A DNA stretch of 64,000 nt from Candidatus Gottesmanbacteria bacterium (GCA_023245355.1 JAHFKN010000005.1:33290-97289), one strand, 5' to 3'. Positions 40,061 through 50,483 are shown, numbered from the stretch's first letter. The notes: generated from the sequence alone by a model not told the origin. Made by a program: numbers and translations.

Positions 40061-41845
40061 TTACCAGCTCCCGCCTCCACCCCCGCCCCCGCCGCCTCCG
40101 GAAAAGCCGCCCCCGCCGGAAAATCCCGACGAAAATCCCCTGGACGAACGGTGCGTGACCGATGCTTGGAATGACATGGTCATACCGCTGCCGATGCTTC
40201 TGGTAAATACTATGCTGTTAAATCTCCCGCCGGACGAACTCTGGTACCACTCGGGATTTTGGAGCCCCAGATCTTTAAACCGTTTTGCCCAGATTTCCTC
40301 GACGCCGAATGCCACGGCAAACGGCAGTAATTTTTCGAACATCATCTGATTTTTTGCCTGAAACGCCAGTTTTTTATCCTGACTTGTGAGAAAATTCCGA
40401 AGCGACCGGGCGACTGCCGCCTGCTCGGAACCGAACAGCGTTTTTTTCGGCATGCTTTGCCCGAACGTGAGAGCCACCAGAAACAAAATCGGATTTGCCG
40501 TCATAAACGCGAAAAATGCCAATACACCGTAAGACATGCGCATCGCATTCGGATTGCTCGGGAAAAACTGTTCGGATACCAGCGAGTCATAGAGCATTTT
40601 TTTCACCGATTCTATGGTTTCGGAAATATCCGTCTTTTCCACGCTTACCCGGGATTTGACACCGAATATCCCATCCAGCAGTTTCTGTTCAAACGCCCGG
40701 AGCGACATATCGCCATCCCACTCCTTCACTTTTTCCAGATCAAACGTTTCTTTTTTGGTCTCAATAATTTTTATGTACCCGCGCCGGGCAAGATCGACAA
40801 TGCTCGCATAGATATCCCGTAAATCCGCGCGCTCATCGATGAGCGTTCCCGTTTCGGCGGGAGTCAGATCGCGTTTATATTTCGTCCGCGGGGGACTAAA
40901 CCATGCCCGTACCTCACCCATGGCGGGCTTCGGATCCCGGCCGCCCGTCCACCATTTGCGGATAACGATAATCGGGGTCACGATGTACCAGAGCACGGCG
41001 ATGATGCCGATAACTATCAGCGCGATTTTCCCCTCCCGGGTCTCAAAAAACGGCACGAGTTCCCGCGGCTCCAGCACTGCCACCGTGTTTTTGGGAAACC
41101 CGACCACGTACGTAAACCCCTCGTATGGACCCAGCGGACGTGTTGCTTTCACGCTCACATTCCCGGCCGAATACGACGAGGTGCAGAATTTTTCCTTTGA
41201 CCCCTGGGTGCCGACAAAACAATCCGTGTTCACATCGGAAGCAGCGAGACTCGCGGGGAGCGAAATAGCCGACGTTGCATGAAGAGTCGGCACTTTCCAC
41301 GTCGTACCGACGGCGTTCCAGTACAATTCGTCATGACCGGGAAAATACGTAAGAGCGCCCTTTACATCATACGTTAAAACATACCAATGACTGCCGTCTA
41401 TGGTCATGTCGGCATCTCCGATTTTGTACGTAAGGCTGGTTCCGTCGTCCGTTGTCGTAAATTGGTACGGTTTATCTTCATCGTCTGTTACCCGCATGCC
41501 GATGATAGCAAGCGCATACTTTTTCCCGTCTGCATTGGTTTTTACATACGGGATGGTACGGAATATGCCGTGCCTGGGCTCCGGAAAATTATACAAAATC
41601 CGTTCGGTTACGGACACGGACCCGTCGGCGTGAATGGCAGATTCCGTTTCGTAGGTATCTATATATTCGCCCGTACCGGAAACCTGTTTATCTGTCGTGG
41701 TGGTGGTGGTCGTGGAATTCGTGGTGACGTTGTACTGTATCCTGATGCCGTTCTTTTGATACGTTACGGCAGACACAAACGGAACCGCCACAAGGGCGGC
41801 AACGAGAGAAGCGACGACAGAAAACACAAATAATACCTGCTTCAT
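40061..41845 (-). CDS. DUF2207-family membrane protein
   Basis: HGIFRTIP, ELYWNAVG, VDLARRGYI, LPFAVAFG, C-terminal GGGGGGGSW. Confidence 0.9.
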   Translation of the reverse strand: MKQVLFVFSVVASLVAALVAVPFVSAVTYQKNGIRIQYNVTTNSTTTTTTTDKQVSGTGEYIDTYETESAIHADGSVSVTERILYNFPEPRHGIFRTIPYVKTNADGKKYALAIIGMRVTDDEDKPYQFTTTDDGTSLTYKIGDADMTIDGSHWYVLTYDVKGALTYFPGHDELYWNAVGTTWKVPTLHATSAISLPASLAASDVNTDCFVGTQGSKEKFCTSSYSAGNVSVKATRPLGPYEGFTYVVGFPKNTVAVLEPRELVPFFETREGKIALIVIGIIAVLWYIVTPIIVIRKWWTGGRDPKPAMGEVRAWFSPPRTKYKRDLTPAETGTLIDERADLRDIYASIVDLARRGYIKIIETKKETFDLEKVKEWDGDMSLRAFEQKLLDGIFGVKSRVSVEKTDISETIESVKKMLYDSLVSEQFFPSNPNAMRMSYGVLAFFAFMTANPILFLVALTFGQSMPKKTLFGSEQAAVARSLRNFLTSQDKKLAFQAKNQMMFEKLLPFAVAFGVEEIWAKRFKDLGLQNPEWYQSSSGGRFNSIVFTRSIGSGMTMSFQASVTHRSSRGFSSGFSGGGGFSGGGGGGGGGGSW

Positions 41846-42826
41846 TTATCGGAGATACTTTGTAACGTTGGCGTTATGCTCTTCCAGTGTCCTGGCATAA
41901 TGCACAGCTCCCGACGGGTCATGAAGGTAAAACATGTAGTCGGTCTTTTTGGGATATATCGCGGCTTTCACGGCGGCGATTCCGGGATTGCAGATCGGCC
42001 CCGGCGGTAACCCGGGATTTGCATACGTATTATACGGGGATTTCACCAGCTTATCGTCTTCACTCAGAACCTTTTTCCACCATGTTTTTTCCTGGGACTG
42101 ATACCCCAGGGCAAACTGCAGCGTCGCATCCGCCTGAAGCGGCCAGCCCTTCTCCAGCCTATTAAGCAGCACTCCTGCTATCACCGGGCGGTCTTCGTCG
42201 GTACGCCCTTCGCGCTCGACGATGGAAGCCAATGTGACGATATCATCGAGTGTCATGCCTTTGGCCTTGATATCCGCGCGCATCTGCGGCGTCACTTTTT
42301 TGTCGAATGCGGACGTAAATATAGAAATGACAGCTCCGGCTGTAGCATCCTGCGGGATGAGGTACGTATCAGGAAACATATAGCCTGTTTTAGCACTCCG
42401 GAGGAATTCACTTTCCGGCATGTTAAGATTTTTGGCAAGCGCGGTAGCAATCTCTTCGTTCCGCCACCCCTCAAGCGTGGTCACCCAGATATCTTCAAAC
42501 CCGTGCGTCAGTTCGCGGGCAAGCGTACGGCTGTCCATCGTGCGGTTCAGCCTGAATTCCCCCGCCTGCAGATTCCGTTCTATCCCCATGAGTTTTACCA
42601 GCACAAAAAACGCAGTCGAGCTCCGGATCAGATTATCGCCTGCTAAATTTGCCGCTATGGCGCGCACGCCGTCTCCTGCATTCACGCGGAATGTCACCGG
42701 ATCCGTGTCTTTGGGGTCTACTGCCCGTGTGCTGTCAAACCACCAGGCTAAACTGCCGCCCACAAAAAGCAGCACTACCAGAAGAAATACCATCACCCTC
42801 GTGATAACAGCGTTACTTGATTTCAT
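41846..42826 (-). CDS. mltG: Endolytic transglycosylase MltG
   Basis: GYMFPDTY, ASIVERE, LQADAT, SPYNTY..PGLPPGPICNPG. Confidence 0.95.
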   Translation of the reverse strand: MKSSNAVITRVMVFLLVVLLFVGGSLAWWFDSTRAVDPKDTDPVTFRVNAGDGVRAIAANLAGDNLIRSSTAFFVLVKLMGIERNLQAGEFRLNRTMDSRTLARELTHGFEDIWVTTLEGWRNEEIATALAKNLNMPESEFLRSAKTGYMFPDTYLIPQDATAGAVISIFTSAFDKKVTPQMRADIKAKGMTLDDIVTLASIVEREGRTDEDRPVIAGVLLNRLEKGWPLQADATLQFALGYQSQEKTWWKKVLSEDDKLVKSPYNTYANPGLPPGPICNPGIAAVKAAIYPKKTDYMFYLHDPSGAVHYARTLEEHNANVTKYLR

Positions 42827-43004
42827 GAAGAAGCGCCCGGCGGTATTTTTTCGCCGCGGGATCATACATATAGATACGTCCGCACACGCAATCTACACGC
42901 ACCATACCTGCTCCTTCCTTGGTTGGAAGGGGTTTGCCGCATCCCACGCATTTTCCCTGTGAGAGCAGCCATGCCTGTACCGGACCTAATAAATTTTTAA
43001 ACAT
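42813..43004 (-). CDS. Small zinc-ribbon protein
   Basis: CVGCG...CVCGRIY; tightly packed within the operon. Confidence 0.7.
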   Translation of the reverse strand: MFKNLLGPVQAWLLSQGKCVGCGKPLPTKEGAGMVRVDCVCGRIYMYDPAAKKYRRALLHEIK

Positions 43005-43014
43005 ATGCGACGTG

Positions 43015-44274
43015 TTATTCCACTGCGTACACGGGCATCGACTTGAGCGTTTCCGCAGCTTCCTTGAGTCTCCATTTGTCAGAACTGTAAATCGTAGCTA
43101 GTATATCACCTTTGTCCACCCGCTCTTCAAGTTTCCGGTTCAGATACATCCCTGCTTTTTTGTCCGTCGGACATCCCAAAATCCTGCAGATGACCGTAAT
43201 CTGCTGATTATTCATACCGGAAATCATTCCGTGTTTTGACGCTTTATACGCGTAGACATATTTACCCGGCGTCAGCTTGCTGCTTGTGATATCCGGGTGC
43301 CCGCCCTGGGCCTTGATGATTTCGCGCATTTTTTTGAGTGCCTTGCCGGACGTGAGCAGCTCACGCGCCGCTTCTTCGCCGTCCATATCTTTCTTGCCCG
43401 GCGTGTCCGCAAAACAAAGCGATAACAGTTTGCCGGCTAACCGGAGTGCTTTGGCTTCCAGCGCCAGAGGACGGCCGGGTGCCTGTTCCAGCACCTCAAA
43501 TACGTCGCGCGCTTCCAGCACCGGCCCGATGCCGCGGCCGGCATTCTGACGGATTTCATTGATATCGACGACGACTTTTATTTTGAACCGTTTCCCCAGC
43601 ATGATAAATTTCCTCGACATCAGTTCCGCATCTTTGAAATGCTGGATTTTCATCGTGGGACCTACCGGCAGATCCAGCACCAGATGATTTGCACCCGACG
43701 CGATTTTTTTGGCCATGACGGAGACGATAATTTTATCGTAGGATTCGAACGCCAGCGGACGCTCAACCTGAATCAAAATATCATCGGCAGGAGCCAGTCC
43801 CACATGGCCGCCCCATACGATACACCCGCCTACCTTGTTGACGATATTGGTAATCTGGGCCGTCGTGAATGTCACGGGAGCGACCACTTCCATCGTGTCC
43901 GCCGTTCCTGCCGGAGACGTAATCGCACGCGTAGACGTTTTGGGGATTTTGTAACCGGCAGCGGCGATAATGGGAACGACGATCATCGTGGTACGCGTGC
44001 CCGCTACCCCGCCTGCGGAATGCTTGTCCGCAACAATGCCCGGAAACTTCAGCCGCGGGCCGGTCGCAACCATGGCTTTGGTAAGCGAGTAGAGCTCCTC
44101 ATCGGAAAATCCTTCTTTAAATCCGGCTGCGGCAAAATATGTCGTAAGGACGGGACTCAGTTTTTCATTGGCGATTTCATCCATGATGGAATAGATTTCG
44201 TCATAGTTTAACCTCTTGCCGACAAGCTTTTTTTTGATAGCGTTAATGGCTTTTTGCTGTGAATCCGCAGTCAT
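43015..44274 (-). CDS. Thymidine/AMP phosphorylase family (AMP phosphorylase-like)
   Basis: DKHSAGGVAGTRTT, KTSTRAITSPAGTADTME, LAPADD, GIGPVLEARD. Confidence 0.88.
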   Translation of the reverse strand: MTADSQQKAINAIKKKLVGKRLNYDEIYSIMDEIANEKLSPVLTTYFAAAGFKEGFSDEELYSLTKAMVATGPRLKFPGIVADKHSAGGVAGTRTTMIVVPIIAAAGYKIPKTSTRAITSPAGTADTMEVVAPVTFTTAQITNIVNKVGGCIVWGGHVGLAPADDILIQVERPLAFESYDKIIVSVMAKKIASGANHLVLDLPVGPTMKIQHFKDAELMSRKFIMLGKRFKIKVVVDINEIRQNAGRGIGPVLEARDVFEVLEQAPGRPLALEAKALRLAGKLLSLCFADTPGKKDMDGEEAARELLTSGKALKKMREIIKAQGGHPDITSSKLTPGKYVYAYKASKHGMISGMNNQQITVICRILGCPTDKKAGMYLNRKLEERVDKGDILATIYSSDKWRLKEAAETLKSMPVYAVE

Positions 44275-44276
44275 GG

Positions 44277-44981
44277 TTATATCCTCACTAATCTGGCTTT
44301 TACGTTAAGCCGGTATAAATATGTACCCGGAGGGACGCAGGTTACCAGAGTAAGATACGAATCATCAAACCGCTGCTCCAAAGGAGACAGATCGGTCGGC
44401 TCAACGACAATTTTTTCCGTTACCTTATACGTATAGTCTAACCCGTCATAGGTCAGATTGATATTTGCCCCGACTTTTATCGTGGGGAGTGTGGCAAACA
44501 CGGTTTTATAATCCTTCGTTCCGCGGAAAAACTGCGGCAGGGTAGAATGTCCGAAGATAACGGTATTGCCGTATTCGCCGGGCAACCCTGTGCCTCCGTA
44601 ATGGATCAGGCTTTTCCCCAAATCATCACCGGCGATAATCACGCTGGCATCTTTTATCCCCAGCGAGGGAATCGACAGCGTATAACTATTCACCGGTGCG
44701 GATACTTTTTTCTGCGGGGAGGTCGGAAACCACGTATTGGGGTCCGTGGTGTTTTTGACGCCGCTGGCATATGCCGTTTCCGCGGGTTTGAAACCCGACA
44801 AATCCCCAATGGGACTCACGGTTTTGGCTAATACCACCTGATCAATGAAGAAAAACGAAACGATCGGCCATACCGTCCAGAGGATAATCATAAATCCCAT
44901 GGCCATAAGCATGTATGAAACGATTACCGGTCGCGGAACCGGTCTGCGGGGCACTGATTTAACGTATCGGTACATTGGCAT
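44277..44981 (-). CDS. Sortase
   Basis: N-terminal TM, GNTVIFGHS, LTLVTC, downstream Arg. Confidence 0.9.
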   Translation of the reverse strand: MPMYRYVKSVPRRPVPRPVIVSYMLMAMGFMIILWTVWPIVSFFFIDQVVLAKTVSPIGDLSGFKPAETAYASGVKNTTDPNTWFPTSPQKKVSAPVNSYTLSIPSLGIKDASVIIAGDDLGKSLIHYGGTGLPGEYGNTVIFGHSTLPQFFRGTKDYKTVFATLPTIKVGANINLTYDGLDYTYKVTEKIVVEPTDLSPLEQRFDDSYLTLVTCVPPGTYLYRLNVKARLVRI

Positions 44982-44989
44982 ACCATCTA

Positions 44990-47359
44990 CTATGGTACCA
45001 TGACCGTGACGGTGATGTTGTCGCGCTTGAGGGGTAAACGCGACTTGGTGGGAGAGAGGAAGAAACGGAATTCTGCTCCGCTCACTCCCTTGGTTTCCTT
45101 GAGTATGGCAAGCGCCGAATTCACGTCACGGCCGGCAAGCGATTGTTTGAGCGCCGCTTCATCAATCTGCGGAAGCGCTACCGCTACGAGTTTGGCAGTC
45201 AGGGTAATCGTACCGTCTTTTTTCACCGTCACGTTGTTCACCGAAACGGTCGTCTGTTCGGGCGCCAAGGTGTACCCTGCCGGAACTTTTGCCTCGACCA
45301 GTTTGGAAAGCGCCGCTTTGATATCCCCGTCTGAAATGCTGATCCCGCTTACTTTTACCGTCACTTTCCCATGCAGCTCCTTCGCTTCCTGATCCAGCTC
45401 CGCATCAAACACTTTTTCGGAAACGTCCGTTTTGACCGTTGCATCGATTAACCTCTCACCGCTTGCCACCGTCAGCAGCTGCTGCTTGGCCTGAGTGACT
45501 AAATCGGCAGTCAATGCCTTGACGAGCGCATCCTGATCGGCACGGGAAACAACCGTTACCTGTTTACTGGTACCCCCGGTAAATGCGGATTCGTTCCGTG
45601 CGGAAACCTGCGTACTGTTTATGTTGGCAAACGTAAATTCGGAACTCGCCGTCACGTTCCCGTTGGGACCGATATCGCGTGCCGTGACATTGGCATTTGC
45701 TTTGCCGAATGTGATGGACCCGATACTTTCACTGGCCGATGCCACACTCACGTCGCTGTCCAGCGTGAATGCCACGCTGCCTGTTGAAAGCACTGTTCCT
45801 TTGGGAAATGTTTTGCCGGTCGTCACTTTGTTGTATATCGTGACCGTTCCTTTGGCCGGATCGCCCACGTTCTTTTTGCCGGTTACTGCAATTGTTTTTT
45901 CTCCGCTTACCGACTGCTCCTGCACTTTGCCCGGAATAATTTTGGTCGCAGGATCCGCAACGGTGGCTGAGGCATCGACGGAAACGACAGTTGATTCATC
46001 GACGGACTGGCTTGCAACCAGTACCGTGACCGTCGCTCTGGGCAGAACATAATACAGACCTGCCGCTATGGCAATAATGATAACGGCTCCGATAATAAGC
46101 GGAAGTGCCCCGCCGCGCAGTTTGGGGAATTTGGTAAATACGTTTTTGATTGTATCCAGCCCGCCCGGAGGAAATGCCGGCATATGAATCTTCACAGGAA
46201 ACAAAATGGGTAATTTACTCCCCGCTTGTGCCGGGCGTGCGGCAGATGCAACGGGGGGCTTTTGCCGTTCCAATACGTCTTCCCGGCTGAACCCGAGCGC
46301 TTCCGGACTCACGACTTCTACATTGGAAAGTTCCTCATTGCGCGATGTGTCTTCCGCAACCATCTCTTCATCCTCCACTGCGCCGTCTTCTTCGGCCTCT
46401 TCTTCATCCGCCGCTCCGTCTCCGGAATTCTCCGGCTCATCTTCATCGCCTTCCGGTTCGGTTCCGGATTCTTCTGTTTCCTCATCGGGCTCATCTGCCG
46501 CAAGAACTTCCCCGTCTGCTTTCGTGTCACGGGCAGTAGTTGGCTGCGCGACAACCGTGGAAACGACTGCTGCTTCTGCTGCAACACTCTCGCCGATTTC
46601 CTGTGACAACTCCGATGCCCCTGCAAGGGAAATAGATGTAAGCAACGATTCGACGGAAATAATTTCTATTTTGGGAAAATGCAGAAAATTCGTCCGGGTC
46701 GGCCAGGGGTGCTTTAATAATTTCGACCGGATTTCCTCCAGTACGACGGAATTGCCGCCGTACAGTAATATGCGCGAGGGAAGCACGTCACCGTCCTGAT
46801 GCTTTTTAAGCGACGCTTCCAGCGCTGCAGCCGGATCATCGTCTATGTCCAGATGATCCTCATGCGTCAGATTACCGACGCGGAACAGGCTGACGAACGC
46901 ATGTTTGCCGGAACACCCCAGCAATATCATACTGGCCGGTACGCCCTCATCTTTTTTGAATGAAAATGCGATGGCCTGGGGGAGCGGCACAAACCCGACC
47001 GGAGTCAGTTCCAGCATTGTCGTGAGTTTTTTAAGATGGGGGCGTACCGCATCAAGAATGTTTCCTTCAGAGGTAAGATACGCTCCCGGCATACCGAAAA
47101 CTGTTTTGGAAATCGCTTTGGCCACTCCGACTTTATCTTCTGCCGCGGAAAGCAGGCGGTCTGTTACCTGTATCCTGGATTCCCAGGTGTCTTCTGCTAT
47201 TACCGCGTGGGCAAAACTGGTAACCTTGGGAATCCCCTCCGTATCCACGTGCCAGGTGGCGACGGCCGCCGCATCAATATCCAGATACAGCGAAAAAAAA
47301 TAATCCTTCGCCTCTTCCTTTTTCGGCAGTAAATCTGCAAGTACGTGTGGAAATTTCAT
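44990..47359 (-). CDS. Membrane protein: FtsA/actin-like N-terminus, acidic linker, TM, baseplate-J-like extracellular domain
   Basis: A.GTVTIYN..FPKGT, N..AFTGG..V.VV...D motifs; one TM at about aa 420-440. Confidence 0.6.
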   Translation of the reverse strand: MKFPHVLADLLPKKEEAKDYFFSLYLDIDAAAVATWHVDTEGIPKVTSFAHAVIAEDTWESRIQVTDRLLSAAEDKVGVAKAISKTVFGMPGAYLTSEGNILDAVRPHLKKLTTMLELTPVGFVPLPQAIAFSFKKDEGVPASMILLGCSGKHAFVSLFRVGNLTHEDHLDIDDDPAAALEASLKKHQDGDVLPSRILLYGGNSVVLEEIRSKLLKHPWPTRTNFLHFPKIEIISVESLLTSISLAGASELSQEIGESVAAEAAVVSTVVAQPTTARDTKADGEVLAADEPDEETEESGTEPEGDEDEPENSGDGAADEEEAEEDGAVEDEEMVAEDTSRNEELSNVEVVSPEALGFSREDVLERQKPPVASAARPAQAGSKLPILFPVKIHMPAFPPGGLDTIKNVFTKFPKLRGGALPLIIGAVIIIAIAAGLYYVLPRATVTVLVASQSVDESTVVSVDASATVADPATKIIPGKVQEQSVSGEKTIAVTGKKNVGDPAKGTVTIYNKVTTGKTFPKGTVLSTGSVAFTLDSDVSVASASESIGSITFGKANANVTARDIGPNGNVTASSEFTFANINSTQVSARNESAFTGGTSKQVTVVSRADQDALVKALTADLVTQAKQQLLTVASGERLIDATVKTDVSEKVFDAELDQEAKELHGKVTVKVSGISISDGDIKAALSKLVEAKVPAGYTLAPEQTTVSVNNVTVKKDGTITLTAKLVAVALPQIDEAALKQSLAGRDVNSALAILKETKGVSGAEFRFFLSPTKSRLPLKRDNITVTVMVP

Positions 47360-47370
47360 TCAGGTATGGT

Positions 47371-49236
47371 TCAGGTAAGCTTGGCGTAAATTCTGCGTAC
47401 CCCTGCACTGCTTGCTTCCTCTTTTAGTATTGTAAAGTGGCCCAACGCCCCTGTAAAGCTCACATGAGGCCCGCCGCAGAATTCCGCCGAGAAATAATCG
47501 TCCCGGGTTACCGCTTCCGGATTGGTTCCTTCCCGGAGGCCCACGAAATACACGCTGACACGGTCGGGATATTTGGTGCCGAATTCCATCTGTGCACCGA
47601 TTTTTTCCGCGTGCTCTTTGGGCATTTCCACGCGGGTCACGGGCAGATTTTTTCCGATTGCAGCATTTACATATTCCGTAACGTTCGTCAGTTCCTCGGG
47701 CGTAAATTTCCGCGCAAAACTCACATCTATCCGCAGCCGCTCTGCCGTAATGTTGCTGCCCCGCTGTTTGATGGACGGATCGACCAGTTTCTGCAGCGAC
47801 GCCAAAAGCAAATGATGTGCCGTATGAAGATTCGTCGTCGCCTCGCTGTGATCGGCAAGCCCGCCCTTAAACATGCCAGCGGCTGCCGTACGGGAAAGCT
47901 CCTGATGTTTGCGGAATTCTTTCTGGAATTCTTCCCGGTCAACCTCCTGGCCTTTCTCAAGCGCCAGTTCGTACGTGAGTTCCCACGGAAATCCGTAGCT
48001 TTGCAGCAGATCAAATGCGACCGTACCGGTAATCGTTTCGTGTTTCCCCAGCTGTACCAGACCGACGTTTAAGACCTTTTCAAACCGGGTGATTTCTTCT
48101 TTGAGTATCTGGCCCTTATCCAAAAATTCCGGACTCTCCGCGTCAAAATACACGCCGTTATAAATAACACCAACCTGTCGGTACACACTCATCCCTAATT
48201 CTGATTTGGATCCGTTCCCCCCGAGTTGGTGCATTTTCACGACCGCCCTGCGGATTAACCGCCGCAGCACATATCCCTGCTGTTTATTGCCGGGAAACAA
48301 TCCCTCGTTGATCATAAACGCGGCGGCTTTCAGATGATCGGCTATCACGCGCATCGCCTGCGTCTCTTTGGGGTTCTTCCCGTATTCCATGCCGCTAAAC
48401 GTTTCGAGCAGCGTCATGATCGGGGCAAACAGATCAGTCCGGAATACATCGGGGTTATCAGCGACTGCCGCACACATGCGCTCCAGCCCTCCGCCGAAAT
48501 CCACATTCTTCTGGGATAATTCCTTGAGCGTTCCGTCCGGCATTTTCTGATACTGCATAAACACGGAGTTAGCTATTTCCATGAACCGTCCGCAATCACA
48601 GTTCGGATGACAGACGTCGTGTTTGTAGGCAGATTTCTCATGCAACCCTAATTCCGCGCCGAAATCAAAAAACACTTCGCTGTCCGGTCCTCCCGGCTCT
48701 CCCGGCGGCATCTTTTCCGGTTCCCCCGACCTGCTCCACCAGTTTTTTTTGGCAGGATAGGTGAATATCCTCGCCCCTACTTCCGCCTTGATGCCGACAC
48801 CCTCAAACAATGTTTTCCAGATTCCGATGGATTCCGTATCTTTCGGCACGGAGTCGTTTCCCTCAAATACGCTCACATACAAACGCTTGGGATCAAGCTT
48901 GAGTTCCGTCACCAGAAACCCGAATATCCAGGTGAGCTGTTCTTTTTTGAAATAATCCCCCAGACTCCAGTTACCCAGCATTTCAAAAAATGTCGTATGA
49001 CGGTTATCTCCCACTTCATCTATATCCTGCGAACGGAATGACTTCTGGCTGTCGACCAGACGCGTACCTGCCGGATGCTTTTGCCCCAGAAGATACGGAA
49101 CGAGCGGCTGCATACCCGAACTCGTAAACAATGTCGTGGGATCGTTAAGGGGGACAATGGGCGCTGAAGGGATCTCTGTATGCCCCTGTTTTTGAAAGTA
49201 TCCGATATATTTACGTCTGATATCAGCCGATTGCAT
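47371..49236 (-). CDS. alaS: Alanine--tRNA ligase (short form, no C-Ala domain)
   Basis: DPTTLFTSSGMQP, HTTFFEMLGNWS, GLER, HTAHH and CGGPH editing motifs, ends SSAGVRRIYA. Confidence 0.95.
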   Translation of the reverse strand: MQSADIRRKYIGYFQKQGHTEIPSAPIVPLNDPTTLFTSSGMQPLVPYLLGQKHPAGTRLVDSQKSFRSQDIDEVGDNRHTTFFEMLGNWSLGDYFKKEQLTWIFGFLVTELKLDPKRLYVSVFEGNDSVPKDTESIGIWKTLFEGVGIKAEVGARIFTYPAKKNWWSRSGEPEKMPPGEPGGPDSEVFFDFGAELGLHEKSAYKHDVCHPNCDCGRFMEIANSVFMQYQKMPDGTLKELSQKNVDFGGGLERMCAAVADNPDVFRTDLFAPIMTLLETFSGMEYGKNPKETQAMRVIADHLKAAAFMINEGLFPGNKQQGYVLRRLIRRAVVKMHQLGGNGSKSELGMSVYRQVGVIYNGVYFDAESPEFLDKGQILKEEITRFEKVLNVGLVQLGKHETITGTVAFDLLQSYGFPWELTYELALEKGQEVDREEFQKEFRKHQELSRTAAAGMFKGGLADHSEATTNLHTAHHLLLASLQKLVDPSIKQRGSNITAERLRIDVSFARKFTPEELTNVTEYVNAAIGKNLPVTRVEMPKEHAEKIGAQMEFGTKYPDRVSVYFVGLREGTNPEAVTRDDYFSAEFCGGPHVSFTGALGHFTILKEEASSAGVRRIYAKLT

Positions 49237-49330
49237 GGGGTTAATTATACCACGCAATTGTTTTTGTAATACTTCCCACTGCATTTTTTCTTTACCAGGG
49301 TATATACTGATTTTTGGATTGATTATACCC

Positions 49331-50104
49331 ATGAAACGACTGCCGATACTCTACATCATTCTCATTATTTTCTTCGGCCTGCCTATTATCCTCTGGGCAG
49401 TAGGCACACAGAACCAGGATATACGGAGCCGTGCGGATCTCACCCCGACTGCCACGCCGTCAGATACGCCTCCGGTCACGCCTACCCTTACTCCTACACC
49501 GTCTGCCACACCGACACTTACCCCGACACCGACGAACAGCCCGCCGCGGTGCAGCGGCTTGTCGGTCAATCCGGGTTCAGGTGTCCGGCCGCTCACCGTC
49601 AACTTCAGCTGCGCCGGGTATGATCCTGACAATGACATTACGGCTGCAGAATTCGGGTTCGGCGGAAGCGAAAAACGCTTGGTAGAAAAACCGGCGGGAA
49701 CATTCGGATCCATCACCACATCCTATACGTATACCCAGGCCGGAACGTACCATGTCACGTGCCGGGTACGGGACAACAACCAGGCATTTTCCAATTATCC
49801 TGACTTCTGTAAATTTACGGTCGTCGTGCGGGATCCGATTGCGACAACGACTACCCCCAAAGTCACTCCGGTACCCACGAAAAATACGACCGTGACCAAT
49901 GACGATCTGCTTATCTTTACCGGCGGCAACCCGACTGCCACGCCGACTATCACCCCGGCGCCTACGGCGATCACTCCGGTGCCCGTGCAGACACAGAGTT
50001 GGTGGTCCAATGAAAAAATTGCGCAGCTTACCATGATGGTAATCGTGAGCGGACTCACGATCATCGTAGCGCTCCTGCTCCACGGGTTTTTCGACAAACG
50101 ATGA
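49331..50104 (+). CDS. Surface protein with PKD-like domain and Pro/Thr linkers
   Basis: N-terminal TM, TPTP repeats, G..PLTVNFS, YTYTQAGTY.V, C-terminal TM. Confidence 0.75.
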   Translation: MKRLPILYIILIIFFGLPIILWAVGTQNQDIRSRADLTPTATPSDTPPVTPTLTPTPSATPTLTPTPTNSPPRCSGLSVNPGSGVRPLTVNFSCAGYDPDNDITAAEFGFGGSEKRLVEKPAGTFGSITTSYTYTQAGTYHVTCRVRDNNQAFSNYPDFCKFTVVVRDPIATTTTPKVTPVPTKNTTVTNDDLLIFTGGNPTATPTITPAPTAITPVPVQTQSWWSNEKIAQLTMMVIVSGLTIIVALLLHGFFDKR

Positions 50105-50129
50105 CGCGAAAGCGTACAATAACCCCTAC

Positions 50130-50483
50130 ATGCAGATAGTGAAGCAAAAAAAGACCCGGCGTGTTGACGCATCTTCTACCACATCGGTCGAGGAGTACAT
50201 TATGCCGGAGCCGTCCATCAGCGGAACCACGGCAATCATTTACGGCCGCTATCCGGAAAAAGGATTTGCCGTAAACACCGTCTGCCATGAACTGGCACTG
50301 GTTCTGAGCGGAAACGGATTTATCAGCACCGCGCGCAAAAAAACAGCTATTGAACTGGGTGACTGCATCCTGATCCAGCCCAATGAAAAATTTTACTGGG
50401 ACGGGCACATGGCGGTATTTATCGTGTGCACCCCCAAATGGAAACCGCAACAGCATAAAATAACGGATGTAAAACCATCATGA
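50130..50483 (+). CDS. Cupin domain protein
   Basis: ELALVLSGNG, GDCILIQPNEK. Confidence 0.75.
   Translation: MQIVKQKKTRRVDASSTTSVEEYIMPEPSISGTTAIIYGRYPEKGFAVNTVCHELALVLSGNGFISTARKKTAIELGDCILIQPNEKFYWDGHMAVFIVCTPKWKPQQHKITDVKPS

Noticed and set aside
41695-41730. GTG/ACC trinucleotide run in DUF2207, and Pro/Thr repeats at 49440-49535
   Set aside because: In-frame low-complexity linkers, not a contingency locus or array
39263-47359. Prophage suggested by the excisionase-like HTH and baseplate-J-like domain
   Set aside because: No integrase, terminase, capsid or tail genes; context and composition are housekeeping
49236-49333. Repeated GIINP peptide in the extended alaS ORF
   Set aside because: Arises from two GGTATAAT -10-like boxes in a divergent promoter region, not from coding sequence
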